The notes under the pieces: model-generated
The model's database searches: none
The model's input: the letters and a program-made list of their open reading frames with translations, nothing else
Told to the model about the DNA's origin: nothing
In this document: positions 24,951-37,499 of the stretch, in pieces
How the letters are laid out: each line of letters opens with the position of its first letter
Position numbering within the stretch: position 1 is the stretch's first letter
Origin: Raillietiella orientalis
Lineage: Eukaryota
NCBI GenBank assembly: GCA_036172245.1
Contig: JAYWIR010000024.1
Location: 2,666,001-2,730,000, forward strand
Length of the DNA: 64,000 bases
Direction of reading: 5' to 3'
Translations under genes and position numbers: made by a program

Positions 24951-25757
24951 TCTGCAGCGAACCAACAGTTTCGAGAGCGAAGCTCGCACCGCCCTCAGAA
25001 CGACGTTGTAGAAGGGAGCTGTGGTCGGCGGGGCGCGCTCGCGTCTCGTGGAAACGGTTGCCGTGGCATTCCCCAACCTCTCTTCCCCTTTCCCCCGTCG
25101 AAGGCAAAAAAAAGGGGGAAAATTATCATGCCGAGCCCTCCCTCATATAAACGCCGCGGCAGGCAACACTTGGGAGCGCTACGCTTGGACCGACAAAAGG
25201 AAGTCTTCCCCACGAAACACGCGGCAGACACGGAAGTCTGCATTCATCGCAAGCTGATTTCTCCCTCTCTCGCGCGAGCGCTCATCTCCGGAGCTGGTCT
25301 CCTATCTGGGGGGTTCCATGCCCGATCGCACTTTCGAGCGTCTCCCTTTTCGTCGACGTCGCGAGATTCCGGTAGGTTCCGCTGCACACCCCGTGACGAC
25401 ACGGCGCTCCCTTTCCCTGTTTGTACTGTGCGAGCCTCGGGAAACGGGAGGAAACCAACACAACGCCGTCTGAGTGAGGAATGCCCTGCGTTCTGGAAGC
25501 TTCCGTGGTCCCCTCGGAATTCCAGAAACTCACAGTGGACTTCTCGGTTACGATCTCCTGCGGCACCCCCTCACACCGATGGGGTTTTCATCCCTGAAAT
25601 CTGCAGCTCGCCTTCCCCGCGTACGCCTGCATCCTTTTTCGTTGCTTCTGATTTCATTTTTTGTGTGTGTTTTCCTTTCCTCCTGCATTTCTGCAAACCT
25701 TTCACACCCGCATCGAATGACTGGATGGATGCAGATCCGGGATCTCAAGTCTCAACC

Positions 25758-26260
25758 TCAAAAGAAGATCCTTCTTTTCCAGCATCCGATAGCAGAAGGA
25801 ATTCGCGGTGTTAAACGAAGATCCCCTCTCCATCGACTTGGATGTGCAGTCTGCCTCCCGGAAGGAGCCATTCCTAAAATTCGCAGATCGAAATCGCATC
25901 CTTTCAAACGTCGCAGGTTTCGGAGCAGGCCTCCCGCTTCCGTCCAGCAGATCTTGAGGAGCTGACCCTTGGCGAAAGCATTGCTTATCCTCAGGGAAGC
26001 ACTTCCTAGGGACGACTTCCTTGTTCTCTCGGTTTCGTTTTCTCCGGACCCGCTGCCTAAGCAGCGACACGGAAGACACGGGGGGACTCGGGAATTTCTG
26101 AAATCCTCAGATGGAAGGAGCGGGCATGAAAAATCGTGAAGGAGCGAAATCGATTTTGAAGAATGCTTTTCTTCCATCTGGAGCGCCCCTTGTGACGCTG
26201 CATTCTCAAGAAAGTTCTCTTTGATCTCCTCTAATAAGGAAGATGTAACAGGTTCCATTT
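25758..26260 (-). pseudogene. caspase domain relic
   Basis: ORF 25758..26258: FLENAASQG (ILSHG-like), LLKICWTEAGGLLRN (p10 STxPG-like), ends KRRIFF* (like RKKLFF); alternate frame PRVFRVAA*. Confidence 0.5.
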
Positions 26261-26663
26261 ATGGAAATCCAAGGCGTAATTGCGAACACAGAAAGAAAGA
26301 AACGTTTTCAAATCATCGTTTTTTCCAAAAACTCAAAAAGCGCAAGGGAAACCCCACTATGGACCGATCGGATTTCATCCCCAATTTATTTATTTATTTT
26401 TTAATGGAGTTGTGTTCGTTATGTAATTGACGCGGATGCGAGATGAAGAAATGTCAGTCAGCAGCGCACACACGCGATGAAATGGAGATTTCGCCGTGCT
26501 GTCAATCGGGAGGCCGTAGGAAAGTCCGAACACGAATTTCTTTTCTCGTGGCACCAACAAAGCTCTATCCTTCGCAAACTCTTCTCCTTCCCGGTGTGCC
26601 GAGTCATTCCTTTGAAGCAAGAATCCTGAGGAAAGATCCGTTCTTATCAGCTTTTTAATTAAG

Positions 26664-29600
26664 CAGATCTTCACTTAGGGTCAGGTGGAGCAATGCACCA
26701 AACGAAGAGGACTGCCCTACGCCATCTTTCATTCTTCTGCAAAACGCGACAGTGTTCAACATCTTCTCAACAGCATCGTATCCGTTAGTGATCTACTCTC
26801 CAGCTGCCTCTTCCTCTGGTTTGGCAGAGTCGTCTGGAGAGTGTTCCAATCTGTGGGTCCAATGTATGTCACGACTACTCCCAACACACGAGGCAACCAT
26901 GAGATGAGATGCCTCGTTTTTTCGGTGTATCCTGATGGAATTCCTTGTTCCTGTAGGACGCCATCGTTCATCGGGTCCCAGCCACCCGAGCGAGCCCACA
27001 ATTAGGGCTTGGGGACCTTAGTGGTTCACCTACTTGTCATTTGTTGGGAAACATCTTGACATTTCAGGTGTTTTTCTTGCCTGGCTCTACTGAAAGTTTC
27101 CTCGCAGTTCTCCAGGATAACCTCGTAATGCAGAAGGGCAACCCAGGGCTGCCCTTCTGCATTCCGGACACAGATTGAATTATAGTGCGCACCGGTGCAC
27201 GCTGGTTTTCGGAGGTTATCTTCCACGCTGGATGCGACAGTGGTAGCAGTGTTGCGAATCCTACCACCACTGCGACATGTCCGGCGTTATACTGGAGGAG
27301 AGCGCCTCATGCAATGGTTCGGAAGATGTGGCTAAGTGTCATCCCTCGGTCTGCATCTTTGGTGTGCACGATCAGGTGCCGGTCTGCTGGCATCACCGCA
27401 TACTGGAAGAAGATCAATCTTCCCGCGTGGATGAAGCGACAATCTGTAAAACACAGGTAGTCACCGGAAGCGATGAAGCAGCTGGAACTGCGGTGGTGAC
27501 TAACGCAGCGCATAGCCTTTCCTTGGTCATGGTATTTGTTAACGAGTTCTTCCCATGCTCATTCCCGATGGATCGCCCGAAAGCATGGGCTTCGGGAAGG
27601 GCGGATACGGCAATCATCCCCACGGCCTACGCTCCATCGACTAGGGTTCCTCCATCTACTAACCCGAAATTTCTTTTGCCGGAGAATCTGATCGCTAGCG
27701 ACTGGGTTCCGCCTACGTTCACGAAGTCTGGCTCCATTGAAGCAGGACGGAGGGGAACATCCCATTCAGGGCATTCAGGCAGGAGATCGCTGACGAGGTT
27801 TGAACCTGCTCCTTCCAGTTCGATGTCTGGTTTCTCGACTGCGACCTCAGCGATAACTCTTTTGCCTCAAACGTTCAAGTGGGCATTCGCCCTACTTCCT
27901 GAGTCCTACAGTTTTTCTCCGAGTTCCGCGACCGATACACCGAAATCCCTCGGTTAAACTTGTGATGCAAGAAATTTCCGTACTCTTGCTGACTGCTGCT
28001 GAACGGATCTCCTCTTTTTAGAAATGGAATTTCCCGCTGGTCTAGATGGCGCATCCGGTAGACGTTTTCATCACATCCTCTGTTGGAGGACACAAACGTC
28101 ATCACGTTGATGACATGGAATCGGGAGATTTCCAGATGCCGGATGATTGGGGCGTTCTAGAGGTCCAGATGATCCCACGCGGATATCCACTGCTACGTGA
28201 CGCTGCGATCCGCTTGGAGCACATCTGGAGAGCAGTGCCACGATGCCCACTCTCCTTGCTCTCCCGTGCCGGTCCGAATGCTCTCGCGGTGTCCAGGCAC
28301 GGAGGGGAATCCCGCGCCCAGAACGGTAGCTCCACCTCCTGATGCTAACGGCACATCCAGGAGCACCTGCCAGTCGAGTCGACGCCTGGTTTTCTCAACC
28401 GACAGAGCCACAGACAACCGGAACGACCACCAGTCAGCCAGCAAGAGGACGGGATGCACCGGTAGCCGGATGGTCAGCTCTGTCACTGAGGGTCCGCGTC
28501 GCGAGAGGGGGAGGCAAGGAGGAAGCAAGCGGGCTGCCGTTGCCAACGGCTACCTGGTTTGTCGCCAGACGTGCCGAGGCATTGGACATTTCGGCGCGGG
28601 ATATTCCGCCACACTTCGTGCAAGGGCGGTGCCGCGGCTTCCCTTGCCGCGCTCTTCTTCGGTTCCGAAGACTGCCTTCGCTCGCAGGGGGCAAAAGATG
28701 GGCAGAGAGGAGACGACTGGCAAGCTCAAGGAGGTGGAGTGGAGTGTTCTTCTGGGCGGATGCGGGGTGGCGTTAAGCTGGCACGCCCTGAGATGCCCGC
28801 GTCACCATCTCTGCCGTAGTTCGGCGCATTCCTCGAACCGGAGCAGTGCCCGACGCGCTGACAAAATGGCGATGTGCCGAGGAGTGATGGAGGTGCCGCG
28901 GAGGTATCCTGGGACCTCGGAGCTTTCTCGCGGAACTCCCTCTTTGCTGGAACTCGAGAGCCGCCCCTGAGGGTGGATCTTGGCGCCAGCTGCGTCGTTC
29001 TTCATGACACAATGCCTTGATCCGTGAGGTAACCGATCCCTTCCCCGCGGAATGAGGAGGATCCATCTTTTCCCCTTCCCTACGACTCAGACAGAGCTGC
29101 GTCACGTCCAGAGCTCTCTTCTTCACGCCGGCAATTGCAGACTCCATTCCCGATCCGAAAAGAGAGTGCTTGTTACGCGGAAAAGCTCGGAGGAGAAGAA
29201 GGGATCGTCTTCGTCTTCACAATACGAGTCGGATGAGGAAGAGCATGCTGTCCTGGGAGATGAAGTGCTCTGGGACCAACGGAGTCCTGCAGGGAGGAAG
29301 GATGTCTTGAATCGGAATGTGCTTCCTTCCTTGAAGCGCGGTTTACACTTCGTCCCTAGGAGTACACGGATGCATGTCGTCTTAAACGGTCCTTCGATGG
29401 AAAACGGACCTCTGGAGAAGCAGAATCGCGTCCCCAATGACGTTGCCACGGGTGTTTCCGCAATCGATGAATAGCGGTGGCTGCGTGGAACTCCCCGGAA
29501 GCACGTTCGTGTTCTGCATCATGTGCTGATAAGGATCAAGTATAAGAATTTGGACGGCCGAAAGGATCGGCGCTTGCGGAAAGTTGCCATTTGAAGACAA
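26664..29600 (-). mobile_element. Utopia-like non-LTR retrotransposon, degenerate, internally deleted
   Basis: CLDTARAFG (RT), HDQGKAMRC, GDYLCFTDCRFIHAGRL, FSRARQEK, GGWDPMNDGVL, SSRDIHWTHRL: same family as 17170-18075, and its 3' end ctaagtgaag|atctg matches ctaaatgaa|atctg. Confidence 0.8.
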
Positions 29601-29699
29601 CCTGTAATGACACTGCCTGCGATTCTTAAGTATCTCAAATCTCTCGGAATCCGGTAGTTTAAGAATTTAAAGTCAGAAGGACTCTGAATTTAATGATTC

Positions 29700-30600
29700 A
29701 TTGCTGCTCAAGGACTCCTTCAGTACACGCGACTTTGGTTGGTCGCGTCACTATTCTAATTGGAAGCTGCTGCAAACGCGTAGGTGCCTTTGGGATACTC
29801 AAAAGTCATATCCGGTTCTTGGGCCCGATGAAGGTAGAGCTCCAGACACCCAGAAGCCGAGGACATTGCTTTGGTCTATTTCCTTTCGAGCAACTTTTTG
29901 TTTTGAGGCAAACACCAAAGGCAACAGACACGGATTCTCCAATAGGCACGTTTGCAGACAACTCGTCGCCTAATCAAAAGGTTTCCTTATGATGGCAATC
30001 CTTGCAGTCAAAGGGAAATCTCTCATAGAGAAATTTCCAGGATTTCCAAAACGGAAGGTCTTTCTGCATCAAACTGAAAGTGTTGAATGATTTGGTGGGT
30101 TCTCCGGAATCTGATAAATGGTGCCGTGTGCGAAACGCAACTTGGGTTCGGTACGCACGCAGACGGACAGCAGCGGCGACCTTGAGTTTTAACGGTCCGA
30201 AGGGAGGTCTCTGAAAGTTTGGACGGACTTTGACCGGTTAAAGAGGAGTGGACGGACGCGAAAATTAATGGAATAAATTATAAACTTGCTGAATGAATTA
30301 TTAACGAATGTATGGTATAAACGAGTGTATTGTGTGTGCATCCGTGCTCAGGTGCCGCTTAAGGATTGTAAACACCGGCGAGACGTAGGAAACCCTGGGC
30401 AACGATGTGGAATTCATTTTCTGCAGCAGCGAGGAAGAATCGTTTGATGGAATGAGGGTGGTATTCTGGGAGTTGTAGAAATGGTGGTATTGACTGGCAC
30501 GATATTAAGGGAAATTTATGGGTTTCGAATATCGGGATGATTGAAAATGGAAAGCGCGGGGGAACAGGGTAGAAAGGAATTGCATTATTCTGTTCCATTG
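29700..30600 (-). pseudogene. LRR module relic
   Basis: RFPFSIIPIF..FPLISCQSIPPFLQL (ORF 30359..30598) and PSVLEILEISL remnant near 30.05 kb. Confidence 0.4.
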
Positions 30601-30819
30601 AGGATTTTTTTTTATAATTTTATTTTTTTTTCTAGTGATTGCGGGAGGTGGGCTGCCTGCGTTTCCGGTTCCGAGAGGCCGTGCAGAAATCGTTCGTTGA
30701 ATAACGGCAGCCGTGCGCTTAGGAGTTTGGTTTCGTGGGATTTTCTAGGAACTGGAAATTCACGTGATTCGTTTCTGCACAAGTCGTGAATATATTAAGA
30801 GCAGCAAGGAATGGGGTCT

Positions 30820-31400
30820 CATTTACATCTATAGGAACATTGGGAAAGTTCATAAGGGCGAAACGTAATTAGGGTTGGCTCCCACTCGCACAAGTTGAAT
30901 TCGGCTGCTCCGAGGTTCACGCGTGCTCTTGACAGCTCCTTTTTAGGGTATATTTTAAAAGGCCTTCTAGTAGTCCGTGATCAAACCACCTTGCAATTCA
31001 TCTCGAGCTGCTCTTCGGATGTCAATTCCCACTGTTTCCTTCTCAGGATGTTTGATCCCCAAAGTAAAAGTGCTCCGTCGCGAATTTTTCTGTCGTCTTC
31101 TGCTGATGATGCCGGCACTTGTGGTTTCCCTGGCCTCAAAATGCAGAGCTTTACTTCTTCGGGAGTTTAGAGAAATGATTATTGCATTCTTCAGACAGGA
31201 ACCATTATTTCTCGGCAAAGTGATGTTTGAGTCTCGCTTTTCCTGAGACTCTACCTGTATTTTAAAGCGTACCTTGGACTACTAGTGTCTACAGGGAAAC
31301 CTATCAACGACTGCCATTCCTTTGCATATTTCAATAACCAGCTAACCTCTTCTTTCACTATCCAAGGTCCCATCTTAAGGAAGAATTCCGATGACGATGG
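30820..31400 (-). pseudogene. possible caspase-domain relic
   Basis: Weak: VKLCILRPG and VGANPNYVS (like STxPGYVS) remnants. Confidence 0.25.
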
Positions 31401-31589
31401 AAATCCTTGGGTTCTTCTTTTTCTTCCGTCTTCGCTGTTTTCCTTCCAGCTTTTTTTTTTTTTTTTTTTCAAGAGTTTTCTTTTTTTTGGTTCGCTTAGT
31501 ACCTCAGAGCCGGTCGCGTGCCTCGCGGCGCACGTGGCCCTTTAAACACACTGTTTTGTTTCCACGCCTCTCCCCTGCGACAACCCAGC

Positions 31590-32270
31590 AGGGGGGCGTG
31601 TAATTCTTCAGGATAGGGGGCACCCCGAGATGGAGGTCCGCCCTATGAATCCAGGAAGGGCTCGGAGTCCGTTCCTCTCATGCTCGGGGTCCCGTCTTGC
31701 TTCACCCCCCTTTCGGGTTGCCTCTCACGCACCTCCCACCCTGGTTGTCTCCGAAGGGGAACCCCGAAAGGAATCTCCTTCCTCATTCTCTTCGGAGGGA
31801 CACATCCCACCCACCCCAATGGGGAGAGGCTGTCCTCTCCATTTCAACTTCTCCGAAGGGAACCCGCAAGGGAACCGCTCTGTTCACTCCTCTGAAGAGA
31901 ACCCCGAAGGGACGCTTCCGAAACTCAGAAGGGGCGCTGCAGCTTCCCGGAGGGAATCGCTCTCGCTTGCTTCCTTGTGCACACTCTGTGAAGAGGTGAC
32001 GACTCGGAGGGTCTCCCCGCAACGGGGAGGGTCCGCTCCTTTAAACAACTGGAGAGGTGCTCGTGAGGGCTCCTGCTCCATCTTGAAACCGTAGGGGTCC
32101 CCCGGTGGGGGGGTCCGCTCTCCGCTGCACGACAGGAGGGGGAACTCCCCACTCCTTTATTTCTGGAAGGACCCGAAGGTCGACTCCCATTGTTCGGCCT
32201 TCATCAGAGGCCTCCGGCTTAATCCACCGCCGGTGCCACGCCCGAATGATTAGGCCAACCAGCGCCATTG
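31590..32270 (-). mobile_element. SINE-like repeat, copy C (head missing)
   Basis: Reverse complement of the shared blocks (ctatgaatccaggaagg; ttctggaaggacc); closely parallels 42400-43065. Confidence 0.7.
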
Positions 32271-33112
32271 CAGGAAAAACTTGACCTGAAGCTCTTAATA
32301 CGACGTGAGTGCACGATATTCACCCAAGAATCAAAGAGAAGGCTTAAGATGGTACATCTTCCTTCCAAAGGCATCTTTTTACTCTCATATGCATTTAAGA
32401 ATAGATTCGATCAGTTAGTGCTACTTGGGAACTCCATCCCTTGTAACAGAGTAGTCAGTTGACCGGGGACAGATAAGTAATTTGGATCATGCTACCCTTT
32501 ATTATTTACGGTCTCATTAACCTATTCACTTTCACTTTCGAGACTTAGGGCTTGGTAAGCTTCAGAAGAAAACTCGAAATTTTAGAAGGAAGGAGTTCAT
32601 ATTTGCAGAGGATTCCTCCACCGCAGTTCTGCTGCAAACAGGATTCTTCCATCTGGAAAGCGAGTTTCAAAACAAAGCCCACGTTCTATAAATTCTAAAC
32701 AACATTTATCAAAACGAAGATCGCGTCTCGAAATTAGCAGCCGTCGTGTATTAATCAGAAGAGGGCTACGTCATTCTGTTCACTTGGTTCCACAATTCGA
32801 AAAAAACTCGTCATGGCATACAATCAGGAAGAGATTGCATCTCACGACGAAATCGGTTGGAGAAAACAAAACGCTCCTTCGTGACAACCGGATTTGTACC
32901 AGCATAATCTCTTATGATTAGCCATTACTCAATGAAGCACGGTCTTGCAGGTGGGTGATGAGACCATGGATCATTCAGATCAACATGCAGTTCCTGTAGA
33001 GCAAATGTTGGCAGATCGATTCAAGCAATGATTTGTTCAAAAAAAAAAACAAAAAATTTAGCGTTTTCCTCTATTGTATGAATTCCAATACATCTTAGTA
33101 CAAATGTCTGTA

Positions 33113-33145
<33 letters not shown>

Positions 33146-33599
33146 CACTCTTCTGCTGAATAGTTTTGGACTCCCTAACATATGTATTCGATTTTTGTAT
33201 AGTATATGGGAAAACTGAGAACTGTATTTTTGGAAACATCCGTTTACTTCGTACAGTACATTTGTCAGACATCATCCCTTCATATACATATTGATTCTTA
33301 TCCTCCTTCCATCAGAAGAATGTGCTTTGGACTTTTCCTTTGTTCGTTGATTGCTGTTCTTCGTGTCCTTTGCAGCCGAGTGTCATCACTGAATGGAAGA
33401 CTTCCAAGAGAAACAGTGGGAAAAAACCGTACAGCACAGATTGCAAAGAGCACACGCAGTACTCAGGGCTCATTAAATACCAATCTTCTGTAAGGTCACA
33501 AGAAACCAAACTTGCATTCCGAGAAAAAAAAAAAACTGACGAGTTGCACGTCGGGACAGCTGATCAGCCCACGGGACCTTCGTGGACCAATGGGTTGGT

Positions 33600-34270
33600 C
33601 GATGTTTAAACAACACCTTCCTTCACTTGACGAAATTCATGAAGAATGTGCCCGAACGGAGTCTCATCTAAGAAGACCTCATATGATATAAACAACACCT
33701 TCGCATTTGTATCCGAATACCATCTCATGATAAGAGTTGCTATCGCATCAGTTTGCTGCTTCGGGTTTCAGAGATTCAGGAATTCTTCCCAGGAGTTTTT
33801 GCCTCGTGATTTCACGGCTTGCTCCTTTTTCCCCTCGGCGACATGTCCCTTCCTTCTTGAGGGTCGCGTGCAAGCAGCTATGCGGAATAGGATGGCAGTT
33901 CTCTGTCCCCTGAACACCGAAACACCTTCGGGAAGGATAACGTAGTCAATGAAGCACAAGTCCGAAAGGACAGCGCCATGTTTTTGTGAGCTTCGGGAAG
34001 GGCAGCGTGGTCCGACAGGAAAGCTGAGCCTTTATTCCATAAAGGCGCCAAAAAAAGGGGAAAAAAAGTTTTTCCCCCTTTTTCTCAGGGATAAGAATCG
34101 GCTGACTTTGGCTTACGTCATAGGGAGCAAAGTATTCAAAAGAACGACTTGTACCATGACAAATGGGTACCAGAATTCCAAATCGCGCCCATTCCCTGGT
34201 AGACTCCGGTTGATCTTGCAAGGCGAGGAAAGAGTAATCATACTTGAAGCCGCCTCCTTCTTCTAGGGCA
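33600..34270 (-). pseudogene. caspase domain relic
   Basis: STREWARF (RxGAxxD-like), ILFRIAACTR (ORF 33768..33959; FxIQACR-like), EGVVYII (GSxYI-like). Confidence 0.45.
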
Positions 34271-35379
34271 CTTAGGAGTCTCTAGGAAGATGGAAGAAAG
34301 TAAATACTGGAATCTGGTTTAGCAGTTCTCGAGTAAAAGAGTGCCCTGCATTAGTAGGAGCCATTGTCGTAGGAGTCCCCCCGGTGCCGGGAAGCCAGGC
34401 AAGGACAAACTCCTAAAGGAATTCGAAATCAAAGGGGAGGGCTGGGCACATCAAAGCGAAATGGCATGCAGCGACGCACAATGCTCCCAGGAGATGTACT
34501 GGAGCTACAGGACGGGTCGCGGAATTGTAAGCAACTTACAAACGAGAAAACCACAATCGTCTACGGCCGCGAGGTGGTGGGGACTGTGGGATTTGTGGGT
34601 AGCACGGTATTTTTCGGGAAAGGCTCGGGAAATCAGCGCGTAATTGTGAGATACAAGCGCGGATCCTGCGGGAAGAAATGCTACCCGAGGAAGGAAAGCC
34701 AACTACCGTGGAGAAGCCGCGTCATTTCCTTCTCAAAACATCGTAACGCGTTTTTGCTGGTGCTCTTTTATCCTGGTCCACGCTCCTGGGTACGAACCTT
34801 CCTTCCCCCGCATCTGCCTTGGAAGCCTTCTGAAACTGGTCGGTGCATCTCCACAAGGATGGCAGAAGCACTTCAAGGAAGGTGAGATGAATCCCAAGTT
34901 CAAGAAGGTGGAACCTTCCAGGGAGGGCGGCTACTTGAAGATTCCTCTCAGGCTGCTTTTAGAATGGAGCATGGGAATGGCGGAACTCTGCAAGTGTTTG
35001 GAAACCCACCGGAAGCAATTGCTCTTCAGATCGAAATGGATGAACGAGGGAAAGGAGGCGTTCCAGAGAACCATGAGAAGGCTACGTGAGTCTTCTCCGC
35101 TGATGTCTCCATCCTTGGATAGTTATCAAACTTCAACGGGTCGGCTGAGCTGCGAGATTTTGGTGATGCAGCACCAAAACCTGAGCAACTTGTGATGCGG
35201 CACGTTCGTGGGTTTGCCGTTGTCGTCTTGCACGTCAGCTCGCTTAGGTGGCGGGGTCAAAATCTGGCCATTGGGAGGAAGGAATCTTGGACAAGCAAAA
35301 CACCAGAAGGAATGGCTGATCCGTGCTGGCATGCCGGTTCGCGGATGCTGCGCGCTTGTGGTTTTCGTGATGGTCACCA

Positions 35380-36330
35380 TTTACTCTTTCAAGCTGCTTT
35401 TCTGTGTTTCCCAAGAAGGCATTCTGACCATCTCTGAAGAACGACGCGCCCATTCCCGATTCTCCATGGTCTTCTTTTCTTCGTACTTCCTATAAATTTA
35501 TTCAACGATTTGCGGCCCTGTGAAATCCAAGGGAAACTGTAGCCGATCTTTGGAACAGTAGGGAAACTTCCGGGTTCCGTGCCGCTCCTCGAGTGTCTCA
35601 CTGGCGGACTCTTGTTTTCCGTTGCCAGAAGATCATTCTTACTCCAGGAGGAGGAATCATTTTTGTGCGATGCTCCTCCGAGATCAATCTTGATCTCTCA
35701 GGGCAGTCTGTGCCACACTTGAGAGACCGATGGGAATCAGTCGAATTGCCGATCAGGGAATCAGTCTCCATGACAATGATTTATCCGAGAAATCCTTTCC
35801 GACTCGGTTGTCGGCTGCACCTGGATGTAAGTCGCATCTTTGCAGGATGTGCTTTACGGGAGCAGAGGTGGTGGCTTCGAGGAAGTGGTCAATATCAATT
35901 TTTCTTTGCCTCAAGCAATATGCGCCACATTTTACTTTGGTGAGTAATTTTAAGCACCAGTGGATGGCTACGTGGTGCAGAATGCTTTTAGGAACAAAAT
36001 GAAGAGTGTCTTCGTGATCAGCCTTCAGGCCATCCCCGAATAGCGGTTGTTTCAAGAGTTGACCCAAGTGAGCCCAAAGTATCCTTACCTTCTTTTTGGA
36101 AGTCGCAACCTGAGGATGAAAGTTCGCATTGAAACAGCGAGGCAAATGAAGTTGCTATAGCTGATCTGTGATGAAACCTCCTTTCCACCCAGAATCCGAA
36201 GGTGCAGCGAAGCAACTCTCTCTGGAAGCTAATGGGTGAGGAACAATTCCCGCCTGAGGTCTCCAGGGAGCGTGAGGATTTTCGCAGAGGGTTTCTCGTC
36301 TTTTCAAAGATCAGGAAGCGAAGAGCGAAG
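35380..36330 (-). pseudogene. caspase domain relic
   Basis: FLIFE..ELLRCTFGF, DHEDTLHFVPKSILHH (DxxDCFVxxILSH-like), DLL...RSGTEPGSF (p10-like). Confidence 0.5.
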
Positions 36331-37499
36331 CGATGTAATCGATCTGACACTTGCCATCGTTCCCTGAATGGACAACTGAAGTCTTAAAGACTGCAACTTC
36401 GATTTTGTTCGCAACAAGTCATCTCACTCCCGCTCAAACCGGACCGCCCCCTTTTTTTTTTTTTTGTTCTGCGAATCTTAATGGTTCCTTTGCCTCGAAC
36501 ATGGTGAAAGCGTGTAGACAAGGACTGCAATGACTACTGTTTCCGCTCCCGAAATCGATCTCCGGTCATACAAGTTTCCTCTCCTGCCAATGCTTCCCGG
36601 ATTAATTTGTATGAACTTTTCTTCGAAACAAGGAGGACATACTGGATGCGGAATCGATCTTCCCGTTCTAGATAACTGCAATCTCTTATTGTGTCAAGAT
36701 AGAACAGCAATCAATTCTTAACGAATGGACCCATTTTCGTTCAGGAAGTTCACGCATGAGCAGCGGACTGGTCCAAAAACCCTCCACATCACAGATTTCG
36801 ACAAATAAATTTCCCGAAAAGGGTGCAGTTTCGAACTCCTATCCCCTCCCCTTCCTTAAACAGCATTTTCGAGGAATTTCAACTGCCATTCGCTGTGCGA
36901 GCACCAGCAGCGGGGCGTTTCGGTTCATCTGGACCACGCAATGCACAGCACAGCAATTTTGCCGGCATTACAGTAGCTTGCTGGACACTTGTAGCGACGT
37001 CGGGAGAGAAGCGAAATAAGTTGCTCCTCGACTCGGCTTCTCCTCCGAAGACGCGCAAATTATTCATTCGTCTCGAGATAGAGTGTGTGTGATGTGTTAA
37101 AAAGCAAAATATATATATATATATATATATACATAAATGAATACTGTCACTGCATTTCGTTAAGGTCGTTGCTGCCAGGAAAAAAAACGTGTTCAACGCA
37201 CAGGATGCATCAGAATGTGTCCAGAGGAAAGTCGATACATCCCTGATAAACGAAACATGAAAGATTAACGCCGCGGGAAGAAGAAATCCATGTGCGCGAG
37301 TCCTCCCTGCAACAAATGGTTGGATCCCCTGGGAAGTCCTGTGAAAGCGGAATGTTCATTTACATGCTTCTGGCGATTTTTCGTTTTGTATAAATAATCT
37401 ACGCTGCCTATCCAGTCTTTAATCGAGTCTGGCGCTTTCTGGTGACCCAGTCTCCCGGGCATTTCCGTCTGAAATCTGTAGAAAGCGTGCACAAGAAGA

